Source of the DNA: an uncultured virus (IMG/VR IMGVR_UViG_3300046507_000660)
Taxonomy: Duplodnaviria > Heunggongvirae > Uroviricota > Caudoviricetes
Length of the DNA stretch: 20,000 nt
Direction: 5' to 3' (one strand)
IMG/VR virus record: IMGVR_UViG_3300046507_000660
Coordinates: 55,447-75,446 of that record
This document shows, in pieces, positions 8,470 to 17,987 of the stretch (position 1 is the stretch's first letter; each line of letters begins with the position of its first letter). Position numbers and translations under genes: made by a program. The notes beneath the pieces are model-generated. The model was not told the DNA's origin and did no database searches. It worked only from the letters and a program-made list of their open reading frames with translations.

Positions 8470-9505
8470 CGGCGAATGGGTCCTCGGCTACTCCCCTTAT
8501 GACAACTACCCGGGCGCGTCGCTGACGTTCGGCCGCGAGAGGTCCGGCATCTACTGCCTGAGCGAGCCGGACGTCACGTTCGCCGACATGGACCTTTCCG
8601 ACGCGGCTTTGCCCGGCGAGGACGGTATCCGCATGGGCCGCGACTACCAGCGGAACGCCACGGTCACGTTCGAGCTGGGCGTCGACGGCGTAGGGGGACC
8701 GATTGACCGGCACTGGCCCATGCGCCCGTGGACGCGAGGGACCCGGGTCGGTGACTGGACCGACATCGAGGCGGTGCTCGCCGCCTACAACAAGAAGGAC
8801 CAGGGGCCGTACCAGTGGGGACTCGACGGCCTGAACATGCTGCGGCAGGTGTGGCGGGCCGACTCCACCCGTGGGAAGGCCGGCCGCGTCGCCTGGCTCG
8901 TACACAGCTCTGGAGGGCGCACCCGCCAGATGTACGGGCGCCCGAGGAAGTTCGCTGTCTCCCACTCCCGGCTGAGCCGCCAGGGGTACACGCCCGTCGT
9001 CTGCGAGTTCGTCGCCGTCGACGATCGCTTCTACGAGCAGACAGAGAAAGAGGTCGAGCTCTACGACCACCTGTTCCTTGGACTGCCGCCGCGGCCCGGC
9101 CGAGTGTCGGGCGGCGGCTGGCTGTTCCAGTCGAAGAAGACCGCGTCATTCCAGCAGCGCGGCACGCTCAACACGTACCCGTACATCGAGATCCACGGGC
9201 CGTGTAAGAACCCGAAGGTCACGCTGACCCCGGAACTGTGGGCGGTGCAGCTCAACATGACGATCGGCGTCGACGAGCACGTCACCATCGACGCCCGCCC
9301 GTGGGCGCGGACGGTCACTCACTACAAGGGCTCGACGTCGAAGTCGGTGGCGGACAAGCTGACGCGGTCGAGTCCGCGGCTGTCGCAGATGTTCATCCCG
9401 CCCGGGTACTGGACGGCTTCGCTGGCCTACACGAAGTCGACGGTCCGCGCGTTCGAGGGGCCGCGGATCCGGATCGCCTATCGCGACGCGTACTCCTGGT
9501 GGTGA
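8462..9505 (+). CDS. Distal tail protein (Dit)/minor tail protein
   Basis: ATG 8462 overlaps the tape measure end. 'GEDGIRMGRDY', 'YGRPRKF', 'YPYIEIHGPCKNPKV' and terminal 'YRDAY' fit a Dit. Confidence 0.8.
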   Translation: MRDGEWVLGYSPYDNYPGASLTFGRERSGIYCLSEPDVTFADMDLSDAALPGEDGIRMGRDYQRNATVTFELGVDGVGGPIDRHWPMRPWTRGTRVGDWTDIEAVLAAYNKKDQGPYQWGLDGLNMLRQVWRADSTRGKAGRVAWLVHSSGGRTRQMYGRPRKFAVSHSRLSRQGYTPVVCEFVAVDDRFYEQTEKEVELYDHLFLGLPPRPGRVSGGGWLFQSKKTASFQQRGTLNTYPYIEIHGPCKNPKVTLTPELWAVQLNMTIGVDEHVTIDARPWARTVTHYKGSTSKSVADKLTRSSPRLSQMFIPPGYWTASLAYTKSTVRAFEGPRIRIAYRDAYSWW

Positions 9506-9508
9506 GCA

Positions 9509-9539
9509 CGCGACAGTAGGCGCCGCGGCCGCCCACTCT
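9509..9539 (+). promoter_or_regulatory. Conserved bipartite promoter-like motif, copy 4
   Basis: CGCGAC(9509-9514)AGTAGGC, N19, CACTCT(9534-9539). Confidence 0.62.
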
Positions 9540-9569
9540 CTCCTCTCCCTTATGGAGAAGGAGAACGGC

Positions 9570-10538
9570 ATGACGTGGGACGGCATCCCCTGGTTCGTCG
9601 AGGGCACCGCAGCGTCCGAGGAGACGATGCGCCTGATCGTCGAGGCGGCCGTGTCTGGCGGAGAGGGCGTCATCGGCCCCGCTGACCTCCTGGTGACGGC
9701 GCTGGACGCCCCGGCCGGCGCGGTCCAGGTGGCACCGGGGGCCATAGTGGCGAAGCGCCGCGCGGCCGCGGGCGGCGGGAACCAGTCCTACGCGGCACGG
9801 ATGCCCACGCTTGAGCAGGTGGACATCGAGCCGACTGCCGCCGACGGAGGCAGGTCGGATCTGATCATCGCCAGGGTGGAGGACCCCTACGGCGGGGAGA
9901 CTTGGCCGGCGCCCGAAGACCCGACGGTCGGCCCGTACGTCTTCACCCGAGTCATCCCCGACGTGCCGCAAGGCACCACGAGCATCCTCGACATCGACCC
10001 CGACTCCACCGCCATCACCCTGGCCCGGGTCGACGTGCCAGCGGGGACGACCAACATCACCGCTGGCATGGTCACCAACCTGCGGCAAATCGCGCGGCCG
10101 CGGGCGCAGGCCTCGCGTCGGTACCTGCCCGGCGCCTGGTCGACCCCGGACGACGTCGGCCCCATCACCGACGGGTGGGAGATGTTCCCGCTCGGTGCGA
10201 CGTGGACGGAGAAGGTGCCGGAGTGGGCGACGCACGTGGCCGTGCACGTGTCCATCACGGGCCTGCTCCACCCCGACGCGACGGAGGCCCGCGGCCAGGT
10301 ACGGGTGTCCTTCGGCGAGCAGCACGGGGTGGGAATGCCGTACGGGGCCACCCAGGCGGGCCGGCTCGCCGTCCAGGCCGGGCACAAGTTCCTCCTCGAC
10401 CCGGCCGACCGCGGGCAGATGCGGGACATCGACATCGAGGGCATCGGCACCGCGGGCTTCACCGGTGTGCTGCGCGCCGACGCGTACACGGTGCTGTCGC
10501 TCGAGGTGACCTACTCGCAAGAGCCGGTGAGTGCCTGA
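9570..10538 (+). CDS. Minor tail/baseplate protein
   Basis: ATG 9570 after AAGGAG. 'GRSDLIIARVEDP' and 'ITLARVDVPAGTTNITAGMVTNLR' are common in actinophage baseplate proteins. Confidence 0.78.
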   Translation: MTWDGIPWFVEGTAASEETMRLIVEAAVSGGEGVIGPADLLVTALDAPAGAVQVAPGAIVAKRRAAAGGGNQSYAARMPTLEQVDIEPTAADGGRSDLIIARVEDPYGGETWPAPEDPTVGPYVFTRVIPDVPQGTTSILDIDPDSTAITLARVDVPAGTTNITAGMVTNLRQIARPRAQASRRYLPGAWSTPDDVGPITDGWEMFPLGATWTEKVPEWATHVAVHVSITGLLHPDATEARGQVRVSFGEQHGVGMPYGATQAGRLAVQAGHKFLLDPADRGQMRDIDIEGIGTAGFTGVLRADAYTVLSLEVTYSQEPVSA

Positions 10539-11737
10539 TGGCCTGGCGGTACATCGCGATGCGCGCGGTGTCCGGCGACTTCCTCGACTGGGACGTCCCG
10601 TTCGTCGCCGACTCCCCGCCCAAGCGGGAGCTGAACGGGCCCGGCCAGATGACAGGGAAGATCGCACCGGAGTACATGCGGCTGATGGCCAAGCCCGACG
10701 GCCTGCCCGTCCTCGCCGAGTGGTCCACCGCTCTGTTCGCCGAGTTCGAGGGCCGTATCCGGTGGGGCGGACTGATCACGAACATCGCCTTCGAGGGCCA
10801 GGCGATGAAGGTCACGTGTGCTGGCTACACCGCCTACCCCAACGGCATCCCCTACCTCGGTTCCGTGATCCGCTCCGGCGCCAAGATCGCCCAGAAGTGG
10901 GCGTACGACGGGAAAGACAAGAACCACGACGGCTACATCGACGGCACCCACCCCAAGAAGAAGATGCCGAAGAAGCCCAAAGGCAAGGTCAGTACCCGGT
11001 GGGACGCGTACGACATCGTCCGAACCATCTGGGCCCACCTGCAGGACTACAAGATGGGCAAGCTGGGCGTCACCCTCGACAAGCACGACTCCGGTTACAA
11101 GCTCGGCGCCTCAAGCGGCGAGGACCCGTGGGAACTGCTGTGGTGGGACAGCCCCGACTGTGGCTCCACGATCACCGACGTGATGAACCTTGCGAAGGGC
11201 GATTTCCTCGAGCGGCATTACTGGGACGGCTCGAAGGAGAAGATCCTCCATCACATCGACCTGGGCACCAGGCGCCTCGGCAAGGCCCGCAACGACCTGC
11301 GATTTGCCCAGGGCGAGAACATCATCGAGATCGCGACCCCCAACTACCAGGGCGATTTTTTCGCGAACAACGTCTACGTGCTGGGGAAGGGGTCGGGGCA
11401 GAAGACGGCCCGGGTCCGTGTCGTCGTCGACGACAAGCGGCTGCGTCGCGCCCGGATCATCGCCCACAAGAGCACCGCGAACGCGAAGTCGCTGACCGAG
11501 TACGGCAAGAAGGAGCGGGCCAGGCACTCGGAACAGCTCACGATCCCGTCCATCGCGGTCCGCCACCACCCCAACGCCCCGCTCGGCTCGTGGGCGCTCG
11601 GCGACCGCATCCTCGTCCAGGTCGACATCCCGTGGGTGGGCGAACTCGCCATCTGGCACCGCGTCGTGTCCGAGGAGATCGACCCGGCCGCCGGCACCGC
11701 GGTCCTGTCGCTGACCCGCAGCGACTTCTACGGCTGA
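10538..11737 (+). CDS. Tal/baseplate hub-like minor tail protein (399 aa)
   Basis: TGATG overlap. MAWRYIA..., 'RELNGPGQMTGKI', 'IRWGGLI', 'LRFAQGENI' and 'WALGDRILV' fit an actinophage hub protein. Confidence 0.78.
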   Translation: MAWRYIAMRAVSGDFLDWDVPFVADSPPKRELNGPGQMTGKIAPEYMRLMAKPDGLPVLAEWSTALFAEFEGRIRWGGLITNIAFEGQAMKVTCAGYTAYPNGIPYLGSVIRSGAKIAQKWAYDGKDKNHDGYIDGTHPKKKMPKKPKGKVSTRWDAYDIVRTIWAHLQDYKMGKLGVTLDKHDSGYKLGASSGEDPWELLWWDSPDCGSTITDVMNLAKGDFLERHYWDGSKEKILHHIDLGTRRLGKARNDLRFAQGENIIEIATPNYQGDFFANNVYVLGKGSGQKTARVRVVVDDKRLRRARIIAHKSTANAKSLTEYGKKERARHSEQLTIPSIAVRHHPNAPLGSWALGDRILVQVDIPWVGELAIWHRVVSEEIDPAAGTAVLSLTRSDFYG

Positions 11738-11743
11738 CCAGGC

Positions 11744-11774
11744 CGCGACACTAACCCCTTCTCCCCTCCACTCT
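11744..11774 (+). promoter_or_regulatory. Conserved bipartite promoter-like motif, copy 5
   Basis: CGCGAC(11744-11749)ACTAACC, N19, CACTCT(11769-11774). Confidence 0.65.
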
Positions 11775-11827
11775 CCCGCCCTGCCCCGGATATCCCGGCG
11801 GCCGCGGAGAGATGGAGGGGAGGACGG

Positions 11828-14800
11828 GTGTCGTCCTTCAACCTGGACGAGCGGGAGAAGGCCAAGCAGTTCGCGTCCTACTTCAAGCAGCTCGAGGACC
11901 GCCTGGCCGCGCTCGAGCGCTCTAACCAGCTCAACAACGCGAGCATCGAGGGCGGCGCCCTCGACATCTACGACGAGGACGGCGCCCTCAAGGGCTCCGT
12001 CGGCGTGCAGGACGACGGCACGGTGGCCTTGGTCCCCCACCCGGAGAACACCGACCCGCCCCCCACACCGTCCGCGCCGACCGTCGATTCCGCCCTGGCG
12101 GGGCTGGACATCACATGGTCCGGCCAGTGGGCCAACTCCGAGACCGCGCCCAACGACTTCGCCCTGGTCCAGGTCCACGTCGGCACACCCGCCGACTTCA
12201 CCCCGAACGCCGCCACCCAGGTCTCGCAGATCAACGACGTGACCGGCGGCAAGACGACTGTGCACATCGAGGGCTACGACCCGGTGTGGGTGCGCCTGGT
12301 CGCTGTGAACACCGCGGCGCTGGCGGGTGATCCGTCGGACGCGGTGCAGGGGCAGGCGAGGCAGGCCGTCGGCCAGGACCTGATCGACAACATCATCACT
12401 GACGTCAAGATCGCGAACGAGGCGATCACCGAGGCCAAGATCGCCTTGTCGGCTGTGACCAGCGACAAGATTGCGGCCGGCTCGGTGAACGAGCTGCTCC
12501 TGGCCGACGACGCGGTCACCGCGGCGAAGCTCGCGGCCGCTTCCGTGGGGACGGTCGCCCTCGCCGATGGCGCGGTGCTGGCGGCCAAGCTCGCCGACAA
12601 CGCGGTCACGCAAGCCAAGGTGGCGGCGAACGCGGTTACGGAACTCGCCCTCGCGAACTCGGCGGTCACCTCGGCGAAGGTGGCCGTGGGTGCGATCGAC
12701 TCCACGCGGATCGCGGACGCGGCCGTCACGGCGGTGAAGATCGGGCAGAACGCGGTCACCGCGGCGAAGCTGGCCGACGGCGCCGTGGGCGTACTGGCCC
12801 TGGCGGATTCCGCGGTCACCTCGGCGAAGGTGGCCGTGGGTGCGATCGACTCCACGCGGATCGCGGACGCGGCCGTCACGGCAGTGAAGATCGGGCAGAA
12901 CGCGGTCACCGCGGCGAAGCTGGCCGACGGCGCCGTGGGCGTACTGGCCCTGGCGGATTCCGCGGTCACCTCGGCCAAGGTCGCTGTCAACGCGATCGAC
13001 TCCACGAAGATCACGGACGCTGCTGTGACAGCGGCAAAGATCGGCGCGGCCGCGGTCACCACAGGCAAACTCGCCGCCCAGGCCGTCACGCTCGCCAACC
13101 TGTCCGGGGCGCTCGCCGACGTCGCCTCCCAGCGGTGGGTCGACACGATGGGTGACCCGTCCACCTGGACGGTGGCCGCCCTCAGTACCGGCGGCGCCTT
13201 CGACTTCCTCACCGGCATCACCGACGCCCAGACCGGACAGACCGTCGGCCAGGCCACCGGCTTCGCCCGCCTGCGCGGCAACACCCTGATCCCGTACGAC
13301 CCCGACGTCCTGTATCGCATCTCCGCCCGAGTCCGGATGCCGCAGGCCAGCACCTCCGACGCGGTCTATGTCGGCGTCCTCGGCATCGGCGCGGACGGCG
13401 TGACGTTGGTCAACCGCGACGGCTCCAACTCCGTGAACAGCCACTACTACCCGGCTGCGTCCGGGAAGGCCGTCGCGAACTCGGACGGCTGGGTCACGGT
13501 CGTCGGGTTCATGAAGGGCCGGGCCGCCTCTGGTGTCTCGGGCAGTGCCGGCCCGAACAACGACCCACGCTCCGCGGGCCTGGTGAACGCGGGCGTGCGG
13601 TTCATCAGCCCGTACATCTGGCTCAACTACAACCAGCAGTCCAGCGGGTCCTCGAAGATGCAGATGGACTACGTCGCGATCGAGGCCCTGAAAACCGGCG
13701 TGGTCGACACGATCAACCTGTCGTCCGGCGCGGTCACGGCCCCGGCCATCGCAACGGACGCTGTGATCGCCGGAAAGATCGCGGCCGACGCCATCACCGC
13801 GCGGGAACTTGCGGCGAACTCGGTCACGGCCGCGGAGCTCTCCGCCGGGTCGGTCACGGCGGCCGCCATCGCGGCGGGAACCATCACGGCCGGGCAGCTC
13901 GCCGCGAACTCCGTCACGGCGACGCAGATAGCCGCGGGCAGCGTGCAGACGGCGGCCCTGGCCGCCGACGCCGTAGCGGCCGGAAAGATCGCGGCCGACG
14001 CCATCACCGCGCGAGAGTTGGCCGCGAACTCGGTGACGGCCGCGGAGCTCTCCGCCGGGTCGGTCACGGCGGCCGCCATCGCGGCGGGAACCATCACGGC
14101 CGGGCAACTGGCCGCGAACTCCGTCACGGCGACGCAGATAGCCGCGGGGGCGGTGCAGGCTGGAGCCCTGGCCGCGGACGCCGTGGCGGCCGGCAAGGTG
14201 GCCGCGGACGCGATCACCGCGCGGGAGCTCGCCGCGGGGTCGGTCACGGCCTCCGAGATATCCGCCGGCTCCGTCACCGCCAACGCCATTGCCGCCGGAT
14301 CGGTCACCACGGACAAGCTGACCGTCGTAGCGGGCTCCAACGTCCTCAACGATCCCAGTTTCGAGGGCGCCTACGCCGCCTCGGTGGCCGCAAAGTTCTC
14401 CTCGTACGTCGCCCAGGACCTCACGTTCGGCAACGGCTCGGCGGCCAGCCTGAAGTTCACGACGGACGGCACCGCAGCCTGGCGCGCGGCCGAGCTCGCA
14501 CTCCTGACGATCCTCCCCGGGGACCAGCTCCACATCGGCGTCGACTACTACGCCTCGACGAACTGGGTCGGCGCTGGTGGCGAGATCAACATTCAGATCC
14601 GGTGGGAGTCCGAGGGCGGCACCATCCTGTCGTACAGCAAGACCGACAGCCGTACGACCGCGCCCACCCTCGGCGCGTGGACGCGACTGCAGGGCACCTA
14701 CACCGCTCCCGCCACCGCTGTACGCGCCCGCATCCGTATCGAGACCGGCCTGGTCACGGCCGGCACCGTGTCGTTCGACAACGCTGTATGCCGCCCGATC

Positions 14801-17488
14801 GTCCCCGGGGTGCAGATCGCCGACGGTGCGATCACCACGCCCAAGATGGTCGCCGGGTCCATCCAGGGCGACCGGATCGCGGTCAACACCCTGAACGCCG
14901 ACCGCATCGTGTCCGGCTCGATCACCACGAGCCAGCTCAACGTCACCACCGCGGCGAGCGTGCTGCAGAAGTTCTACGACGTCGGCGCGGACGCAGCGAA
15001 GTGGCGCACCAGCGGCTCGAGCACGACCACCACGACCACGCCCACGAACCTGACGTCGGTCCAGGTTGCCGACGCCCAGGCCGGCGGATCGGTCATGCGA
15101 GCGGTCGCCCAGGTCTCCGCGGCTTGGCGGCCGGACATGCTCATCCCGTTCGACCCGAACGTCCTCTATCGCATCTCCGCGGTCGTCCGGCAGACCGTCG
15201 CGGGCAGTGACACCGCGCAGCAGCGGTTCTACATGGGCGTGGCCGGCGTGGCAGCGGACGGCACCACCCTGGTCAACACCACCGGCGCCGCCTCCGCAGC
15301 CACGCAGCACTACGTCGCCGCCTCCTCCCAGAACCTCACCGCGGGCGGCGGATGGCAGCGCTTCACCGGCTACATCAAGGGCTACGCGGCGACTGGCGCC
15401 AACGGCACACAGGGCACTGCCCCCTCGCCCACCGCGCCGGGAGTGCTGCACGCGAACGCCCGCTACATCTCGCCCCTGTTCTACGTGAACTACAGCGGCG
15501 GAACCGGCACCGCCGAGATCAGCTCCATCACGGTCGAAGTCATCGAGACCGGCGCGGTGCAGACCGTCAACATCGCCGATGGCGCCATCACGGCGAACAA
15601 GATCCTGGCCAACACCATCACGGCGGACAAGATCGTCGGCCTGTCCATCACGGGCGACAAGATCGCGGCGAACGCCATCACGACGGACAAGCTAGCGGCG
15701 CTGTCTGTCACCGCGGTGCAGCTCGCCGCGAACTCGGTCACAGCCACGGCCATTCAGGCGGGATCCATCGACGCCACCCACATCAAGGCCGGAGCGATCA
15801 CCGCCGACCGGCTGTCCCTGGGTACCGACGGCAACCTCATCGCCGACCCCAGCTTCGAGGGGGCGATGTCCGACGCTCGGGTCGTCGGGACCACCTACTG
15901 GTCGATCGTCACCCCCGGCAACAACACCGCGCGAGCCCTGCAGGTCAACGCCGCCAACGGCACGGTTATCACCCGCTCCATGACCCTGGCCACGGTGCCG
16001 GGGATGCCCGGTCAAAAGCTGTGGCTGTCCCTCGACTACTTCGCCTCGACCGACTGGAACGGGCTCCGTATCAGCGTGTACGGGCAGTGGCTGGACGCCG
16101 TCGGCAACGTCCTCGACTACAGCACCATCACCACGGGCGACAACCTGGCAGTCAAGGGCGCGTGGACCACCATCAGCGGAGTGCCCGACACGGTGGCCCC
16201 TGCCGGTGCGACTCAGCTCCGCATTGCGTGCTCCACCGTCAACTCCAGCGTGGGCACGGTCCAGTACGACAACGCGTCCGCCCGGATCGTCCTCGCCTCC
16301 GGGTTCGCCGGGGCCCGCTCCGAGATCAGCCCCCGCGGTCTGCAGCTCTTCGACGACAACGGCGACGAGGCCGTCTCCCTGTTGACCGGCCAACCCAACT
16401 ACCTGACCCTCAGCGCCGACGGACTGCCCGTCGCGACGATCGACCAGAACGGTGGGGCCTACTTCCAGAGCCTGGCCGTCGCCGACACCCTGACCGTGGG
16501 CGGCTCCGACTGGACTACTTTCCTCAACCAGTCGCCCCGTGGGATCCAAGCAATCAACTTCCAGACCAGCACTCGCACCGCGTCCGCCACAGAAATGGGG
16601 TTCGTGGAGCTGGTGGCCGACATCGACGCCACCCGGATGTACCGGATCGTGTTCGCGGCCCGCGCCAACCCCTCTGTGACTGGCGGCGAGCTGCAGCTAC
16701 GCCTCCGCGACGGCGGCACCGCCGCGCCAACGATCACGAGCACCCAGCGGTACGTCTCCGTCCACCACATGGCCCTCGGCAACTCCTTCACCGCACGCAT
16801 GGAGTACAACGTCGCGGGCAAGTCGCTCGGCGCCGGAACGCACCGATTCCTGCTGACCTTCACCAACGCGCTCGGCCCCAGCGGACAGACGTGCACTCTG
16901 TCCGGGGCGAGCGACAACCCCGGCTATCTGTATGTCGAGGACACCGGCCCGTACGTCCCCGCGACCGGTGGCTACAACGACGGTGGCGGCACGGTCGCAC
17001 AGCCGCCCACGAAGTACACCAAGACCTATAGCGCCACCTGGTCCGGCTCGTACGCGAACCGCGGCTCGTACAACAGCTATTACGGAAACTCGTGCTACCA
17101 GGGCTACTACTCGTCGACGAACGGCACGCAGGCCAGCCTCATCGGCTTTTCCTCGGCACTCGGGACCGACCTGTCAGGCGCGACGATCGTCAAAGCCGAG
17201 GTGTACCTGTACTTCGATCACTGGTACGCCAACGCCGGCGGAAAGGCCGTCATCAAGGCCCACAGCTTCACCTCCCGACCGTCGACGTTCTCGAGTGATC
17301 CCGAGTCACAGACGATCTCCTGGGCCCGCAACGAAGGCAAATGGGTCGACATCACGGCCGTCTTCGACAGCACCAAGTGGCGCGGCATCGCGCTCGACCC
17401 GAACAGCACCTCGTCGACGTACTACGGCCGCGCCCGCGGCTATGGCCAGACCAACCCCCCGCAGCTCCGCGTCACCTACACCAAGTGA
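11828..17488 (+). CDS. Large tail fibre/receptor-binding protein (1886 aa) with 10-aa 'VTAAKIAAGA' shaft repeats and duplicated carbohydrate-binding-like domains
   Basis: GTG after GGAGG/GGGAGG. FN3-like N-terminal part, four blocks of 10-residue repeats, two 'DPSFEGA...FDNA/YDNA' CBM-like domains, two 'LIP(Y/F)DP.VLYRISA' domains and an aromatic-rich C-terminus. Confidence 0.88.
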   Translation: MSSFNLDEREKAKQFASYFKQLEDRLAALERSNQLNNASIEGGALDIYDEDGALKGSVGVQDDGTVALVPHPENTDPPPTPSAPTVDSALAGLDITWSGQWANSETAPNDFALVQVHVGTPADFTPNAATQVSQINDVTGGKTTVHIEGYDPVWVRLVAVNTAALAGDPSDAVQGQARQAVGQDLIDNIITDVKIANEAITEAKIALSAVTSDKIAAGSVNELLLADDAVTAAKLAAASVGTVALADGAVLAAKLADNAVTQAKVAANAVTELALANSAVTSAKVAVGAIDSTRIADAAVTAVKIGQNAVTAAKLADGAVGVLALADSAVTSAKVAVGAIDSTRIADAAVTAVKIGQNAVTAAKLADGAVGVLALADSAVTSAKVAVNAIDSTKITDAAVTAAKIGAAAVTTGKLAAQAVTLANLSGALADVASQRWVDTMGDPSTWTVAALSTGGAFDFLTGITDAQTGQTVGQATGFARLRGNTLIPYDPDVLYRISARVRMPQASTSDAVYVGVLGIGADGVTLVNRDGSNSVNSHYYPAASGKAVANSDGWVTVVGFMKGRAASGVSGSAGPNNDPRSAGLVNAGVRFISPYIWLNYNQQSSGSSKMQMDYVAIEALKTGVVDTINLSSGAVTAPAIATDAVIAGKIAADAITARELAANSVTAAELSAGSVTAAAIAAGTITAGQLAANSVTATQIAAGSVQTAALAADAVAAGKIAADAITARELAANSVTAAELSAGSVTAAAIAAGTITAGQLAANSVTATQIAAGAVQAGALAADAVAAGKVAADAITARELAAGSVTASEISAGSVTANAIAAGSVTTDKLTVVAGSNVLNDPSFEGAYAASVAAKFSSYVAQDLTFGNGSAASLKFTTDGTAAWRAAELALLTILPGDQLHIGVDYYASTNWVGAGGEINIQIRWESEGGTILSYSKTDSRTTAPTLGAWTRLQGTYTAPATAVRARIRIETGLVTAGTVSFDNAVCRPIVPGVQIADGAITTPKMVAGSIQGDRIAVNTLNADRIVSGSITTSQLNVTTAASVLQKFYDVGADAAKWRTSGSSTTTTTTPTNLTSVQVADAQAGGSVMRAVAQVSAAWRPDMLIPFDPNVLYRISAVVRQTVAGSDTAQQRFYMGVAGVAADGTTLVNTTGAASAATQHYVAASSQNLTAGGGWQRFTGYIKGYAATGANGTQGTAPSPTAPGVLHANARYISPLFYVNYSGGTGTAEISSITVEVIETGAVQTVNIADGAITANKILANTITADKIVGLSITGDKIAANAITTDKLAALSVTAVQLAANSVTATAIQAGSIDATHIKAGAITADRLSLGTDGNLIADPSFEGAMSDARVVGTTYWSIVTPGNNTARALQVNAANGTVITRSMTLATVPGMPGQKLWLSLDYFASTDWNGLRISVYGQWLDAVGNVLDYSTITTGDNLAVKGAWTTISGVPDTVAPAGATQLRIACSTVNSSVGTVQYDNASARIVLASGFAGARSEISPRGLQLFDDNGDEAVSLLTGQPNYLTLSADGLPVATIDQNGGAYFQSLAVADTLTVGGSDWTTFLNQSPRGIQAINFQTSTRTASATEMGFVELVADIDATRMYRIVFAARANPSVTGGELQLRLRDGGTAAPTITSTQRYVSVHHMALGNSFTARMEYNVAGKSLGAGTHRFLLTFTNALGPSGQTCTLSGASDNPGYLYVEDTGPYVPATGGYNDGGGTVAQPPTKYTKTYSATWSGSYANRGSYNSYYGNSCYQGYYSSTNGTQASLIGFSSALGTDLSGATIVKAEVYLYFDHWYANAGGKAVIKAHSFTSRPSTFSSDPESQTISWARNEGKWVDITAVFDSTKWRGIALDPNSTSSTYYGRARGYGQTNPPQLRVTYTK
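12662..13020 (+). repeat. 150-bp (50-aa) tandem repeat inside tail fibre
   Basis: 12662-12811 and 12812-12961 differ at one position that I could find (GCGGTG/GCAGTG). A degenerate third copy begins at 12962. Confidence 0.9.
13771..14270 (+). repeat. 210-bp (70-aa) tandem repeat inside tail fibre
   Basis: CGGAAAGATCGCGGCCGACGCCATCACCGC at 13771 and 13981. A diverged third copy starts at 14191. Confidence 0.88.
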
Positions 17489-17500
17489 GGAAGCCGACCT

Positions 17501-17884
17501 ATGCCCGCGCTACCGATGCCCCTGAACACGATGTGCGCTCTTGCCTGCGAGAAGTCTTTACTGCCACGCGTGCGCATGGCCATCGCGATCATCGCGCAGG
17601 AGGTTTTCGCCGAGTCCAAGGACACCCCCGGGTATCCGCTGCGCTGGAACTTGGCGAAGACGGTCCTGAGCCCGACCGAGGCACAAGCCGCGTCGATGAT
17701 GGTCGGCCTGGTCGTCTACCCGGACTTGCTCGCCGCGGCCGCGGCCGCCGGAACGACTGATCCCGTGGCCATGGCCGCAGCGATTACCGACGAGCAGCTC
17801 CTGGCCGCGATCCGCGCGGGATGGAACGCGGTCTCCGGCGTCAGCCAGGCCTCGATCGCCGAGACCGTGCAGGCGACGACGTAA
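17501..17884 (+). CDS. Small tail-fibre-associated hypothetical protein (127 aa)
   Basis: RBS GAGGAAG, directly after the fibre gene. Helical 'RVRMAIAIIAQEV...ITDEQLLAAIRAGWN'. Confidence 0.7.
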   Translation: MPALPMPLNTMCALACEKSLLPRVRMAIAIIAQEVFAESKDTPGYPLRWNLAKTVLSPTEAQAASMMVGLVVYPDLLAAAAAAGTTDPVAMAAAITDEQLLAAIRAGWNAVSGVSQASIAETVQATT

Positions 17885-17905
17885 AGCCTTCCGGTGTTGC
17901 AGCGT
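17875..17905 (+). promoter_or_regulatory. Conserved bipartite promoter-like motif, copy 6 (degenerate)
   Basis: GACGAC(17875-17880)GTAAAGC, N19, CAGCGT(17900-17905). Confidence 0.5.
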
Positions 17906-17911
17906 TCGGGC

Positions 17912-17953
17912 TGCGGGGAGCCGCGGACCTTTCGGGGTCCCGGCTCCCGCGCA
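17912..17953 (+). other. Strong GC-rich stem-loop with UUCG loop (5'-UTR hairpin or terminator)
   Basis: TGCG-GGGAGCCG-c-GGACCT-[TTCG]-GGGTCC-CGGCTCCC-g-CGCA. No U-tract follows. Confidence 0.7.
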
Positions 17954-17987
17954 CCCCAATCTGACGACCGATACCGAGGAGGCGCTC

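Noticed and set aside
10910..10916. Second GGGAAAG heptamer in the hub gene
   Set aside because: Read as GGG AAA G, not in the X XXY YYZ phase needed for -1 slippage.
12400..14320. Regular repeats as a CRISPR array
   Set aside because: In-frame coding repeats without unique spacers.
11111..15451. 1446-aa minus-strand ORF and other long antisense or alternate-frame ORFs
   Set aside because: Shadow ORFs of high-GC genes: Arg/Gly-rich, fully overlapping well-supported + strand genes, and mirroring the fibre repeats.
16950..17488. Tyr/Asn/Ser-rich fibre tip as a diversity-generating retroelement target
   Set aside because: No template repeat differing at adenines and no reverse transcriptase in the window.
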